A DNA stretch of 64,000 bases from Mobula hypostoma (lineage: Eukaryota), in assembly GCF_963921235.1 (NCBI RefSeq), contig NC_086108.1, forward strand, positions 110,176,001 through 110,240,000, written 5' to 3'. The position numbers and the translations under genes are program-made. This document shows positions 1 to 14,000 of this stretch, one piece after another; the stretch's first letter is position 1; each line of letters opens with the position of its first letter. The notes under the pieces were generated by a model that was not told the origin of the DNA, did not search any database, and was given only the letters and a program-made list of their open reading frames with translations.

Positions 1-468
1 CACTGGAATTATATTTTATTAATTTACAATATTTTGTATGTGCTCTGTGTGATATGTATTGTGAGTGCAGAAGAACATTTTCATTTAGTTGTATTTATGT
101 CAGATGACAATAAACTTGAACTTCTAAGTTGCCAGAAAAAGCTGAAAGATCGTTGTCCATCTTTTAAACCCTGTCCGTTCATTGGTCCCTTGTTGTGTTT
201 TTTCTTTTTTCCATCCCTTTGTCAACTTGGCCTAGAGTTACTTGTACTTTGACTTTCTAGTTAATTTTTGCCCCATATTGCAAAACTTTTTTAGAGTTAA
301 TCTCATCACTGACCCCAGCCCCGTTACTGTATAATTTAGGCTCTTTCATAACCCTGTTTCTTGGAAACACTCAAAGATATTTTTGGACTGTTGAATGTTT
401 AGTTTTCCATCTTTTACTGGAATTCTTCTTAAAATAAAATTTTCATTTCATGCATATTTTTCTCATTA

Positions 469-514
469 GGTTATGCACAACTTCAGCCCATCACCCCCTA
501 CTGTGGCACAGTAG
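469..514 (+). other. Possible host exon (e.g. terminal coding VMHNFSPSPPTVAQ*) followed by UTR-like unique sequence
   Basis: Pyrimidine-rich acceptor-like TTTTTCTCATTAG/G, then a shift to non-repetitive, more GC-balanced sequence. Peptide not recognised and frame not established. Confidence 0.2.
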
Positions 515-3009
515 CTCGCCAGAGTTCTCTGTCCAGGGCTGGTCTTTTGGATTGTCTTCAGGTCTAATATATCTTGGTGCATCCTTCCTCTCCCAGGAAT
601 GAGGTCTTTGGAGCATCTGTTTGTGTTCCTGTAGCGCAGAGTTTTTGACAGGATGGTGTTGCTAGTCCAGTTTGGAACTGTCCATTGTGGTATTTCCATG
701 TGGAATTGCATGCACTTACTCTGTTGAAAATGATTTTGTGTCACAGATCAGTACCAAACCTTTATGAAAATTTTATTCCACTGCTGTTAATCTGCTGTAA
801 TATTCTGTAAATTATTGGTGCGCATATAGCTCTGAAATTATTGTAAATGGTAGAGAGGTTGCACATTGATTTTGGAAAAGGAGTTTAAAAAATGGTACCC
901 TGGTGGCATTGGGTTGCAAGTGAGCTAATCAGTTACTGTTTATAAGGAGGACCTAAAAGGAACCAAATCATCCTAATGTGGGACTTGGAAACTGGGAATC
1001 AGTGTTGATAACATGCACCAATTTTAGAGTTAAGCATACATAATCATATGCACCTTGATCTTGTGCTAATCTTCCAATCTATATGTGAACTTTATTCTCA
1101 GAACCCTATTGTGAGCACTCTAATTCCATACATAGTTTAAAAAAAAAGTTATATTCCTCTTTTGTGCCATGTTTTATTCTAGTCGTGTTCACTGGATTAG
1201 CTGCTAGACAGTTCTACTAATAGCACAGGAAGATGTGCTGAAAAAAACAGCTTGAGATAGAAAAAATAATCTGCTTCAGTTCATGCAAATTTGGCTGTTG
1301 AAAATCCCAAATAATTTAGCTGGTGGTACAACCAATGCTAGTTTAGATGTAGGGTTTTGACTTGAAACATTGACTGTCGATCACCCTCAGTATATGCTCC
1401 AGTTTGTGTGTTGCTCCAGATTCCAGTACTCTCTTGTCTCCATAAAATAGTAACCACTTTTGTTGTTCTTTGCTCTCAACAACAATGAAGTTTTTGATGT
1501 TTCGTCTCCTTTGCAAATTGTTAGAGTACTGGTGAGAGAAGGAAATTGCTTTGGGATTGCAGGTGAAAGTGTTACAATGTGATCACAATAATTCCAAGTG
1601 TATAAAGATTTCTTAATCCGTTACTAGTTTTGCCACGGTGAAGGAAGCAGGGGTTTACATTAAAGGGGAACAGTTATTACTCATCAACCATCAGGTCCTT
1701 GACTCAGAGGATATAACTTCACTTGCCCCATCATTGAATTGCTCCCACAACCTATCAACTCACTTCCATGGTCTTTTCATCTCCTCTATTTATTATTATT
1801 ATTACTTTTTCTCTTTGCACTTGCATAGCCTTTAATCATTTGTTGTTTCTCTGTATGGTGTGGTCTTTAATTGATCCTGTTGTTTCTTTCTTTTTACTGT
1901 ATATGCCTGCAAGAAAATGAATCTCATATGTACTTCGGTAATTTATTTTGAACTTTTTAATCAGTAGTGAACATTGGAGTTTATTGTCAAGCAGGCATGG
2001 GCTGTTGGAATGGACTCGTGACAAATAAAGTTGCCTTAAGAGAAATGCAGGGTCTTTCATTACAACAGGAAGAACAACAGCGCAATTCTAAAAATGATGA
2101 CAAATAGGGTAAAATTTTGAAAGTGTTAACAGTGTGAAAGTGATTAGCTAAAAAAGGGTTTGAATAAAGTTATCGTGCAACCCCATTCTAGAAAAAAGCT
2201 GCTTATGCAATACAAGTTCACAATAAGAGACTTAAGTTTTGCTACCTTAAAGTTCAAAATAAATTTATTATCAATTTCCCCCGGGATCGATAAAGTATGA
2301 CTATGACTACTATGACTATATACATGTCACCATATGCTACACTGCAATTCATTTTTTGCAGGCATTTACAAGGAAAAGTGAAATAGAATAGAATTTATTT
2401 AGAGAAAGATTTGATATAATGTGCAAAAGAAGACAAAATGTGCACATAAAAAAACTAAATATTGAGAACAAGTTGTAGAGTCTTTGAATGTGAGTGGAAT
2501 CAGTTCATAGTTGGGAGTGAAGTTATTGACTCTCATTCAGGACCTTGATGGTTGTAGAGAAATAACTGTTCCGAACTTGGTGGTATGGTACCTCAGTACC
2601 TCCAGCTTGATGGTAGTAGTGAGAAGAAGGCAAAGCCTGGAAGGTGGGGTCCAAACATGAGTGATCAGGTGAGAAACCCAAGATACCTCTATAGTTCTTC
2701 CTACTACCTCTCAATGAGAGACAATTTGCACCATTTAACATTTTAAAAAAATATACCTAAAGCACCTGACTTTTGTAAATTAATTAAAACTAATTAAAAG
2801 CTTCCTTCATTAAATTTCAATGAGCAATGGCCATTTTGGGATACATAGTGTGATAGTTGATGTGTAGCTGAGAAGCCCAATATGAAGTCTGTGTGGTTCC
2901 TTTGGGCAGTATAACACATAGAAGTCAGTGATTTTCAGTCTCTTTTGGCCAATCTTCAGTCTGATTCTGTGAAATGTTGACTAGCTTACATCTGGAGTGT
3001 TGTCCATAA

Positions 3010-3405
3010 AACGCAGGAGATTCTGCAGCTGCTAGAAATCCATTGTAGCAAACACAATGCTGGAGGGACTCAGCAGGTCAGACAACATCCGTGGTGAGGA
3101 AGAAACAGTCGTTGTTTTGGGCCCAGGCCCTTCAGGGCTGGAAAGGAAGTGGGAGGATGCCCCAGAATAAGGTGGGGAAGGAGTACAAGCTGGAAGGTGT
3201 TAGTTGTAGTCAGGTGAGGGGGAAGGTGGGTGGGATCATGTGAGAAGCTGGTTGGTGGAAAAGGTAAAAGACTGAAGAAAGACTCTGATAGAGAACAGTG
3301 ACCATGGGAGAAAGGGAAGGAAGAGTGGGTACTAGAGGGAGGTGATCTGCAATTCATGAAGGGAGGAGAGGGGTGCCGGAATGGGGAATGAAAAAGGAGA
3401 GGGGG
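3010..3405 (-). mobile_element. Decayed Penelope-like 3' end/pLTR fragment
   Basis: Similar to the 17964-18400 arm (GATTCTGCAG.TGCT.GAAATCC...CAGCAGGTCAG...purine-rich tract); ribozyme core decayed. Confidence 0.6.
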
Positions 3406-5220
3406 TGGAAAGTGTTGTCCACTTCCAGTTACATTCTTCTTCAGGAAAGACAAGTTCAAGAAGGCATAAAAGATATTTCAAGAATGGTTTAAGGAAAGAC
3501 AGATTTTGGTTACAAAGTTTCTGTATTTGCCAAACTTGGGCTGAAGGGATGAGCTGTACAAGTTCTTGTGTACTTGTAGATCTTTGAAGCAAGTTCCCTA
3601 TTGCTGTTGCCAGGCACTAATGATGAAATCAAGATTTAAGGCTTGTAGCACCTTAATGATTGGCTTGGATGTTTTTTTGTGGTTGCGATACTGCAAGTCC
3701 AGTTCACTGGTTTGTTGGCGAGACCGACAGGCGTGTTTGGTTGTTGTGACCAGGCCCACATGCCATAGCCATGTCTGTTATAGCCATCTAGGGCCAAAGA
3801 TGCCAGAGGTAGCATGGAGTTGGGAGCTGACCCCTCGTGTCCATGCTGCTGTGCAGTGTTCGCTCTGAAAATGAGCTGGATTATATTTGTCTGCAGCTGC
3901 ACAAGAGCATGTTGAGGAGCTGTGCTTGTTTTTGCAGAAAGGTAGCATTAATCTACAGGCCTTGACACTCGGACTTTGGGTATATTATTTTTTGTGACTA
4001 TATTTTACTGCTATTGTAATTATATTGTGTGTTGTGTGTGACTGTTGGTACTGTAGTTTGGGCCTTGGCCCCAGAGAAATGATGTTTCATTAGGCTGTAC
4101 TCATGTGGATGGTACTTCAGAAATTGTTGTCAGATTATTAGTCAGGAATGCCTTGCATTTTATTATATCAAGGATAATGTTTAAATGGTGGAGTATTTCT
4201 AAAAAGACAAACAGTATGTGTTTTTGCATGTCATTGGATCTGTTGTTTGTTTAATGGATCTTGTGCTTGGGATTCCTTCATTCACACACATTAAATATGT
4301 AAAAATGTTAATTGTGTTTGGGCTTAAATTCATTCCTTTGAACATCAGCTTTGGCATTTCCCTAATATGTTTGACTTTTTATGTAAGCAAAGTAATTTGA
4401 AACATTTTAGTATTTTCAAGGTGTATTGATGCAAGTTTTATTTTTTTTAAAGTGGGGAACGTTGGGCATAGTTCAAAATTAATTATCATTCAACTATTCA
4501 TGAATACAGCCAAATGAAACAGTGTTCCTCCTGGGCCAAGATACAAAACACAGTGCCAACAGTCATACACAACTCAAGGTACATAGAACACATATGAGAT
4601 AGCAAGTAAACATCCAGTTGCACATATATTTAGCCCAAGTCCCTGAGTGACATATCCTGTAAATTGATGGTGCATGGGCGTTATCGGCAAGAACAGCAGT
4701 CCTCAGCATTCTGCAGATGAACTCGCGTGCTACAACCGAGGCTATGCAGCTCCCGTGCTATCTGTCTCACCATTAGACAAGGGAAACAAACTTGGCAGAA
4801 TTTACATTACCAATGCCCAACAGGTTCTTGCAATTGGAAGAAAAACATCCAAAACAATCATTAGACTATACGGTACAGGTGTCAGAATTTAATTTAAATC
4901 AAAGTAACAGTATAATAGAATTGATTTGTCAGTTAGTAATTCCATGATTATGGTTTCTGATGGAACGTCATTAAAATTGGAGTGGGAAATTGCACCCCTC
5001 CACAACCCCCACCACCACTGCTTTATCGTTTCCTATCAGTCACTTTACGAACAGACAGTCCTGTGCCTTTGTGTCACTTGATGGTATTGCAATCAGTCTA
5101 CTGCATGTATCTAAAGTTATCTTCAAGATGATGACACACCTGCCACTTCACTGCCAGTTTTCCATCCAGGCAGATATACTTTAATTTCCCTGTATTTCAA
5201 AACATCTTCAGTTTCAGCTT

Positions 5221-5434
5221 CACACAAAATGCTCAGCAGGACAGGCAGCATCTATGGAGGGGAATAAATTGTTGGCACTTTGGGCCAAGACTCTTCATCA
5301 GGACTGAAAAGGAAGGGGGTCGAAGCCAGAATATTCTGTTTACTGCCCTCCAAAGATGCTGCCTTCCTTGCTGCATTCTTCCAGCATTTTGTGTGTTGCT
5401 CAAGAATTGCAGCATCTACAGAATCTATTGCCTC
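5221..5434. mobile_element. Old inverted Penelope-like mini-insertion
   Basis: Minus arm followed by plus arm of the pLTR; TSD CAGTTTCAGCTT at 5209-5220 and 5435-5446. Confidence 0.75.
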
Positions 5435-5464
5435 CAGTTTCAGCTTTAAGTGTACTCTGGTAAT

Positions 5465-5716
5465 ATTTATTTGAGATACAGTGCATAGTGGGCCCTTCGA
5501 GTCATGCTGCCCAGCTATGCCCTGATTTAATTCTAGCCTAATCCTGGGACTATTTACAATGACCAATTAATCTACCAACTGGTATGTTTTTGGACTGTGG
5601 GAGGAAACCCACGTGTTCCAGGTAGAACATACAAACTCCTTGCAGATATTGGCGGGAATTGAATCCGGGTCACTGGTACTGTAAAGCGTTCTACTGAACA
5701 TTACGCTTCCGTGCCG
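5465..5716 (-). mobile_element. tRNA-derived SINE, the commonest SINE here (other copies near 16090, 16965, 25894, 30970, 31768, 40645, 49895, 52113, 60315, 62880)
   Basis: Recurrent motif ACAATTTACAATGACCAATTAACCTA...TCTTTGGACTGTGGGAGGAAAC, with a B-box-like GAATTGAA(C/T)CC toward the head. Confidence 0.75.
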
Positions 5717-6032
5717 TATATTGTGAGTAGCACAACAACCCAGGGTAGGGAGAATTTCAAAAATTCACAAATTTCCAAACAATTAGAAATTATGCAACTT
5801 TATTCCTGAATGTCCTAAACACAAACAAAATGCCATGATTGGAGGATGTTAGGAAGTTGTAGTACTTTAATTTTTACACCATTTATTAAAATGCGCTTTA
5901 AGTGACTTTACAGACATTAAGCACTGGCTCAGTTTTATTTTAAATAGATTGCGGCATTAAAAGCAATTTAGCACAAACTCGTGGCGCTTCTCAGGAATGA
6001 GTTAACATTTGAGGTAAATGTCCTTTCAGAAT

Positions 6033-6133
6033 GTAGTCCTGAGGAAAGGTCTCAGCCCAGGACATTGACTGTATACTCTTTTCCATAGATGGTGTCTGCG
6101 CTGCTGAGTTCCTCCAGTATTTTATGTATGTTG
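6033..6133 (+). mobile_element. Short decayed Penelope pLTR copy starting at the hammerhead
   Basis: AGTCCTGAGGAAAGGTCTCAGCCCAGGACATTGACT...; near-TSD CTTTCAGAAT/CTTTGAGAAT at 6023-6032 and 6134-6143. Confidence 0.7.
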
Positions 6134-6397
6134 CTTTGAGAATTCATCTTGGTTATTGTGCTCATTGACTAGTGGATTTACACTTCAATCATTTCCTTTC
6201 ATACTGTGGATTACTTTTATTTGTAATATTTCAATTTGTCCTTCAGAACATAAATGGAGACTTGCAGTACTATTTTAATATACTGCATGCTTATATCCCT
6301 GGGTTGATAAATCATGATTACGTTTGCTGTTCTGTCAGCCATCAAGCTATGAATAAAATATTGCCAAGAGAGTTGTATACGAAGGGCCCGAAGTATT

Positions 6398-8056
6398 GTT
6401 GAGGATCCCTCCTACCCATTCCACAATCATGGTCAGGGTCTTCCTGAACCAGAAACCCTGGATCATGAGTTCCGTGCGCGCAGCACTTACTGCAGGACAT
6501 AGAGCTTACATTGCCAACAATCATCTAGAGCTCAGCAAAAGCAGCTATGATCTGTGCAAAGCTATCAAGGCCGCAAAACAACAATACAGGGACAAGGTTG
6601 TGTCAAGATTCACGACGAATAGCACACATGACTTGTGGCGAGGACTGCATACCATCGCAGACTTCAAAGCCAAACGTTGTTCACAGCCTGTCTCCCAGAT
6701 GAGCTGAGTCGCGTTTTTGCTCGTTTCGATGCTGCTACCCCTGAGCTTCCGTGGAAAGCCACCGCAACCTGGTCATCTCTGAGGCTGAGGTACGCAGGTA
6801 TTTCCAATAGATAGTCGCAAGGCTGCAGGACCGGATGGCATCCCAGGTCAAGCACTCAGAATGTGCTGTGCACATCTGGCAGGTGTGTTACGACATTTTT
6901 AATCTCTCACTCTCCCAGTGTAGCGTGCTCTCCTGCTTCAAATTATCCACCATTGTCCCTGTACCAAAAAAGACCGAGGTAACATGCCTGAATGACTGGT
7001 GTCCTGTCGCCCTCACCTCAATAAGCAAATGCTTTGAGAGGCTGGTCAGGGATTACATCTGCAGCTTGCTATCACTCAAACTGGACCCCCTACAATTCGC
7101 CTACTGACACAACCGATCGACAGATGACGCAGTAGCCAATACTGTCCTTACACTTCTGGAGAAGAAGGATGCTTATGTGAGAATGCTGTTCTTGGACTAC
7201 AGTTCAGCATTCAACACCATAGTTCCATCCAGGCTCGACAAGAAGCTCAGAGAACTCAGCCTTGACCCTGCCTTGTACAGCTGGATCCTGGACTTCCTGT
7301 CAGATTGCCAGCCGGTGGTAAGAGTGGGCACTCTCACCTCCACCCCTCTGACTCTCAAAGCAGAAGGCTTTGTGGTCCAGCTTCAAGTTCCTGGATGTCA
7401 AGATCTCTGAGGATCTAACCTGGTCTTAAAATACTGAGGTAGTTATAAAGAAGGCAAGACAGCGGCTATACTTGATTAGGAGTTTGAAGAGATTTGGTAT
7501 GTCAACAAATACTCAAAAACTTCTATAGTTGTACTGTGGAGAGCATTCTGACAGGCTGCATCACTGTCTGGTATGGTGGGGCTATTGCACAGGACCAAAA
7601 GAAGCTGCAGAAGGTTGTAAATCTAGTCAGCTCTATCTTGGGCACTAGCCCACCAAGTATTCAGGACATCTTTAGGGAGTGGTGTCTCAGAAAGGCAGCA
7701 TCCATTATTAAGGATGTCCAGCACCCAGGGTATGCCCTTTTTTCACTGTTACCATCAGTTAGGAGGTACAGAAGCCTGAAGGCACACACTCAGCAATTCA
7801 GGAACAGCTTCTTCCCCTCTGCCATCTGATTCCTAAATGGACATTGAATCTTAGGGCACTACTTCACTTTTTTAATATACAGTATTTCTGTTTTTGTACT
7901 TTTTAAAAATCTATTCAATATACATAATTGACTAGTTTGTTTATTATTATTTTTGATTTTATTTATTTTTTCTCTTTGCTAGATTATGTATTGCATTGAA
8001 CTGCTAAGTTAACAAATTTCACGTCATGTGCCAGTGATAATAAATCTGATTCTGAA
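6398..8056 (+). mobile_element. Rex1/Babar-clade LINE, degraded and internally deleted RT
   Basis: ORF pieces [73 protein letters not shown]; tail GATAATAAATCTGATTCTGA. Confidence 0.85.
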
Positions 8057-8719
8057 CTTGGTCAAATATGTAGTTCAAAACCACTGACACAATGATGTTG
8101 TGAAATTTGCTGTTTACTTTAAGCTACAATAAGAAATAGTGCAAAATGTGAAGTAATGTTCATGATTGTTCAGAAATCTGATGGGAGAGCAAAAGAAGCT
8201 GTTCCTAAAATGTTGGGTGTCTCTCTTCAGGCTCCTATAGCTTTTCCCTGATTGTACCAATGAGAAGAGGGCTGGTGTTGAGGGAGACAAGTCTAGCAGT
8301 AAAAGCAGATAAAGTGAGAGCTTGACATGAATTGCTGTTACCCAAGTTACAAAGTATAGACATGATTATTATCATCAATTCCATGGCTTCAATTTCTAGA
8401 TGAAATGCCAGTATTCTGGACTGGATAATATTTGTTTATGTTACCCTGGCTGTGAAATTGAGCCAGTGAAATGAAGTTATAATGTTGGTCCGAACAACTG
8501 AGATGTTGTGTACGTGTTCTGGGAAGTTAATGTGCTACATTCTGTGGCCAGCTTCTTTTTTTCCCAGCGTAAATTGTCATCTTGTACTGGAAATAGAGCA
8601 GATGTTATATATCCTTGTGTGACAGTTGGAGAATTAAATCAGCATTAATTAGTGACAAAATGCTGCAGATGGTGGAAATCTAAATTAAAATTGGTTGTAG
8701 GTCAAGCAGAGACAGTTAA

Positions 8720-9450
8720 TAAAATCCGGTTCAATATGTCGTGAAATTTGTTGGGAATGGTGCATTACAATATATGATTTTAAAAAACCCTATTGCTATA
8801 TATATTCATATTATATATAAAATAAGTAGCGCAGAACGAGAGCAATAAAAAAGTGAGGTAGTACTCATGGGTTCATTGTTCATTATAAGATCTAATGAGT
8901 GGGGAAGAAGCTGGTCCTAAAGCATTGAGTGTGTGTCTTCAGGCTCCTGTACTATCACCTTGATGGTAGCACTGAGAAAAGGGCATGTCCTGGGTGATGG
9001 AGGCCCTTCATGATGGATGCCACCTATTTGAGGCATTGTCTTTTGAAGATTTTTTCGATGCAGAAGGCAACTTCTTGCAGCTTTTTCCAATCCTGTGCAT
9101 TGGCCCCTCCATACCACAAGGTGATGCAACCAGTTAGAATGCTCTCCATGGTACATGAGGAGAAATTTGCGAGAGTCTTAGGTGTCATATCAAGAATTCT
9201 CAAACTTCTGATGAAATATCACCTCTGCCGTGCCCTCTTCGTAATTGCATCAATATGTTGGACGCAGGATAGGTCTTCAAAGATACCCAGGAACATGAAA
9301 CAGTTCACCTTTCCATTGCTGATACCTCAATGAGGACTGGTGTGTGTTCCCTCGACATCCCCTTCCTGAAGTCCACAATCAGTTCCTTGGTTGTATTGAC
9401 ATTGAGTGCAAGGTGGTTGTTGTGAAACAACTCAACCGGCTAATTGATCT
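8720..9450 (-). mobile_element. Rex1/Babar LINE 3' fragment (similar fragments near 1660, 2250, 10225, 20998, 27462, 33735, 36585, 37795, 47770)
   Basis: Reverse complement of the 7494-8050 type 3' region (GAAGAAGCTG..CCT...TGATGGTAG..TGAGAAGAGGGCATG..CTGGGTG). Confidence 0.75.
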
Positions 9451-10426
9451 GAGACATTAACTTTGTGTATTTCTTGCTCCATGCATTCTACTTGAATATT
9501 TTGAGAATTATCTGTTAGGGTGGTGTCAATCTAGCCTAAGGCTCTCTGAACTGATAATTGCATTGATCTTTAAATCGTGAGGTTTAATTAAGTTAATTTG
9601 TGTGCTATTGTACTCTGCCTATTATATATGTTATGGAAATATTTTTATTTTAATGAGTAAAGAATTGAATTTTAACCATTTTAGGTTAAGTATCATATTA
9701 CATTGGATCTTATAGTATGGAAGTTCCAGGATCTCCGATCTTAATATAGTGCTTACGTGATCTTCAGTTTGAACATTGTTGCTCTTTTTAATTTCCCAAG
9801 TTATCACGTCTCTATTTGGTCTATGAAATGTCTTAACTTGCTAATAAACCTGTGAGGAAAGATTATCTTTTGAACATTCCTTGTAGTTTGCAATAACACA
9901 CCACCATTTGGCCATCTGAATATAAGACACAGCAGGTCAGGCAGCGTCAGTGAGGAAAGAATTGAGAGTTGGCATTTCTCTCAGAACTGGGAATTGATAG
10001 GATTTGGGAAACTATCCAGTTCTGTCAAAAAAAAAAGAATTGACAAAAAATTCTCCTTCTGAAGATGCCTGACCTGAGTTTTCCAGTGTTTTTTTTTAAA
10101 TTTCATATCTATAATATCTGCATTTTGTAATTGTCAGTTTTATCTTTGCATTGGGTAAAGGGAGTTATAAGGGGAGTAGTTTTAATGCTTGATAGTATTG
10201 ATTTTTTTGATTAGTTAAGCATTCCACTATACCATTTATGCTTGATAAATAAAAGCTACACAGAAGTTCAAATTTTTCGTCATATGACTGTATAATAATA
10301 CAGCCAAACAAAACAATATTCCTCCTGGCCTGTGCAATCTCAAAATGTACATCACTCTCAGCACGTAACCAAATATTGCCATACACATGTTAATAAAGTA
10401 TAATTCAAAGTTACATGTGCAGCATA

Positions 10427-10736
10427 TATAGGCATCTGTTAGTCTCATGAGACCATGGATTTGCACCTTGGAAAGTTTCCAGGACGCAGGCCTGGGCAAG
10501 GTTGTATGGAAGACCAGCAGTTGCCCATGCTGCAAGTCTCCCCTCTCCACGCCACCGATGTTGTCCAAGGGAAGGGCATTAGGACCCATACAGCTTGGCA
10601 CCGGTGTCATCGCAGAGCAATGTATGGTTAAGTGCCTTGCTCAAGGACACACACGCTGCCTCAGCCAAGGCTCGATCTAGTGACCTTCAAATCACTAGAC
10701 GAACGGCTTGACCACTTGGCCACGTGCCAACACCGA
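10427..10736 (-). mobile_element. tRNA-head SINE with CORE-like segment, nested in a LINE fragment
   Basis: Minus strand reads TGGCCAAGTGG (A box)...GTGTCCTTGAGCAAGGCACTTAACC; TSD TGCAGCATA at 10418-10426 and 10737-10745. Confidence 0.8.
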
Positions 10737-11053
10737 TGCAGCATAGGTAAACAGTAAATAGTACAGTAAATAGCTCGCTGTACTAGTGACGAGACCTCGG
10801 TGGTGACAGGGTATTCATTAGTTTCACAATCTGAGGGAAGAAGCTGTTACCTAGTCTGGCAGTCCGAGTCCTGATGTTTCTGTAACTCCTTCCTGACGGT
10901 AGTGTGTCAGAGAGATTGTGGAAAGGATGTTAGGGATCCTCAACAATGCTTCAGGCCCCTTTTCTGCACTGCCGCTGTAAATGTCACAAATAGGGGAGGG
11001 AGACCTCAGTGATGTGATTGTCTTTGGCTTTTACTAAAAGACTTGGGTTTGAT

Positions 11054-14000
11054 TGAGGCACGACTGTGCAGATACGTGGACGTCAGCAGATTAGACCAGC
11101 AGGAAGAGTTTAAAAAGACAGCTTTATAGAGCAGGTGTTGGGAGTAGAGGGATTCAGACTATGAGGGCTTTGGCAATTATGCGTTGAGGCGAGGTGAGTT
11201 ACTTCTGAAGAATAGTGATTATGTCTGCGAGGCCGGTATTATGTACTGGGTGTGGGATGACTGGGAGCCTCCCAACCTTCCTGACGGCCACAGGTGCGTC
11301 GAGCTGCAACTCCTTAGGGACTGGGTTAGGGAACTGGAGATGCAGCTTGATGACCTTTGTCTGGTTAGGGAAAGTGAGGAGATGATAGAGAGATGATACT
11401 ATAGGCAAATAGTCACACCGGGGCCTCGGGAGACAGATAAGTGGGTAACAGTCAGGAGAGGGAAGAGCAAGAGTCAGATGCCTGTGGCTGTCCCTCTTAA
11501 CAATAAGTACTCCTGTTTGAGTACTGTTGCGGGGGGGGACCTACCTGGGGGAAACAGCAGTGGCTGCACCTCTGGCACAGAGTCTGGCCCTTTGGCTCAG
11601 AAGGGTAGGGAAAGAAAGAGGATGGTAGCAATGGTAGGGGACTCTATAGTTAGGGGGTCAGACAGGCGGTTCTGTGGACACAGGAAAGAAACATAGATCG
11701 TAGTTTGCCTCCCAGTGCCAGGGTCCAGGATGTTTCTGATCGCGTCCATTATGTCATGAAGTGGGAAGGTGAACAGCCACAGGTCGTGGTGCATATTGGT
11801 ACCAGCAACATAGGTAGGAAAAGGGAGGAGGTCCTGAAAGCAGACTACAGAGAATTAGGAAAGAAGCTGAGAAGCAGGACCTCAAAAGTAGTTATCTCAG
11901 GATTGCTGTTTGTGCCACGCGACAGTGAGTATAAGTATAGGGAGGTGGAGGATAAATGTGTGGGTGGGAGCAGGGATTCAGATTTCTGCATCACTGGGGC
12001 CTCTTTTGGGGCAGGTGTGACCTGTACAATAAGGATCAGTCGTACTTCAATCCGAGGGGGACCAATGTCCTGGCAGGGAGGCTTGCTGAGGCTATTGGGG
12101 AGGGTTTAAACTAGAATTGCTGGGGGGTGGGAACCAAACTGAAGAGCCGGAGGAAGGGGAGGTTGGCTCACAAATAGAGGAAGCTTGGAGACAGTGTGAG
12201 GGGGAGGATAGACAGGCGATAGAGAAGGGATGTGCTCAGACGGATGGTTTGAGATGTCTGTTTTAATACAAGGAGTATCATGAACGAAGCGGATGAGCTT
12301 AGAGCGTGGATCGGTACTTGGAGCTATGATGTTGAGGCAGGAACTTGGAAGCATAAATTGGGAGCAGATGTTCTCAGGGAAATGTACAGTAGAAATGTGA
12401 CATGTTCCGGGGATATTTGAGTGGCATTCTGCACAGGTACATTCCAGTGAGACAGGGAAAGGATGGTAGGGTACAGGAACCATGGTGTACAAAAGCTGTA
12501 GAAAATCTAGTCAAGAAAAGGTTACAAAAAGTTTAAAAAAAAACACTAGGTAATGATAGAGATCTGGAAAATTATAAGGCTGGCAGGAAGGAGCTTAAGA
12601 ATTAAATTAGGAGAGCCAGAAGGGGCCATGAGAGGACCTTGGTGAGCAGGATTAAGGAAAACCCCAAAGGCATTCTACAGGTATGTGAAGAGCAAGAGGA
12701 TAAGACATGAGAGAATAGGGCCAATCATGTGTGATAGTGGAAAAGTGTGTATGGAACTGGAGGAGTTAGTGGGGGGTACTTAATGAATACTTTGCTTCAG
12801 TATTCACTGCGGAAAAGGACCTTGGCGATTGTGGAATGATTTACAGCGGGCTGAAAAGCTTGAGCATTTAGACATTAAGAAAGAAGATGTGCTGGAGCTT
12901 TTGGAAAGCATCAAGTTAGATAAGTCACTGGGATCGGACAAGGCTACTGTGGGAGATGCGGGAGGAGATTGTTCAGCCTCTTTGCATCATCAGTAGGGGC
13001 AGGAGAAGTTCAGGAGGCATGGAGGGTTGCAGATGTTGTTCCCTTATTCAAGTAGAGTAGAGATAGTCCAGTAAATTATAGACCAGTGAGTAGTTGTTAA
13101 TTTGATGGAGAAGATCCTGAGAGGCAGGATTTATGCATATTTGGAGAAGCATAATATGATTAGGAATATTCAGTATGGCTTTGTCAAATGCAGGTCGTGC
13201 CTTATGAGCCTGATTGAAATTTTTGAGGATGTGACTAAACACATTGAAAGTAGAGCAGTAGATGTAGAGTATATGGTTTTCAGCAAGGCATTTGACAAGG
13301 TACCCCATGCAAGGCTTATTGAGGCATGGGATCCAAGGGGACCTTGCTTTGTGGATCCAGAATTGGCTTGCCCACAGAAGGCAAAGAGTGGTTGTAGATG
13401 GGTCATATTCTGCATGGAGGTCGGCGACCAGTGGTGTGCCTCAGGGGATCTGTTCTGGGACCCCTTCTCTTTGTGATGTTTATAAATGACCTGGATGAGG
13501 AAGTGGAGGGATGGGTTAGTAAATATGCTGATGACGCAAAGGTTGGGGGTGTTGTGGATAGTGTGGAGAGCTGTCAGAGATTACAGTGGGACATTGATAG
13601 GATGCAAAACTAGGCTGAGAAGTGGCAGATGGAGTTCAACCCAGATAAGTGTCAGGTGGTTCATTTTGGTAGGTCAGATATGTTGGCAGAATATAGTATT
13701 AATGGCAAGACCCTTGGCAGTATGGCAGATCTGAGGGATCTTGGGTCCGAGTCTATAGGACACTCAAAGCTGCTGCGCAGGTTGATTGTGTGGTTAAGAA
13801 GGCATGCAGTGCATTGGCCTTCTTCAACCGAGGGATTGAGTTTAGGAGCCGAGAGGTAATGTTACAGCTATGTAGGACCCTGGTCAGACCCCATTTAGAG
13901 TACTGTGCTCAGTTTTGGTCACCTCACTACAGGAAGGATGTGGAACATATAGGAAGGGTGCAGAGGAGATTTACAAGGATGCCTTATGAGAATAGATTGA

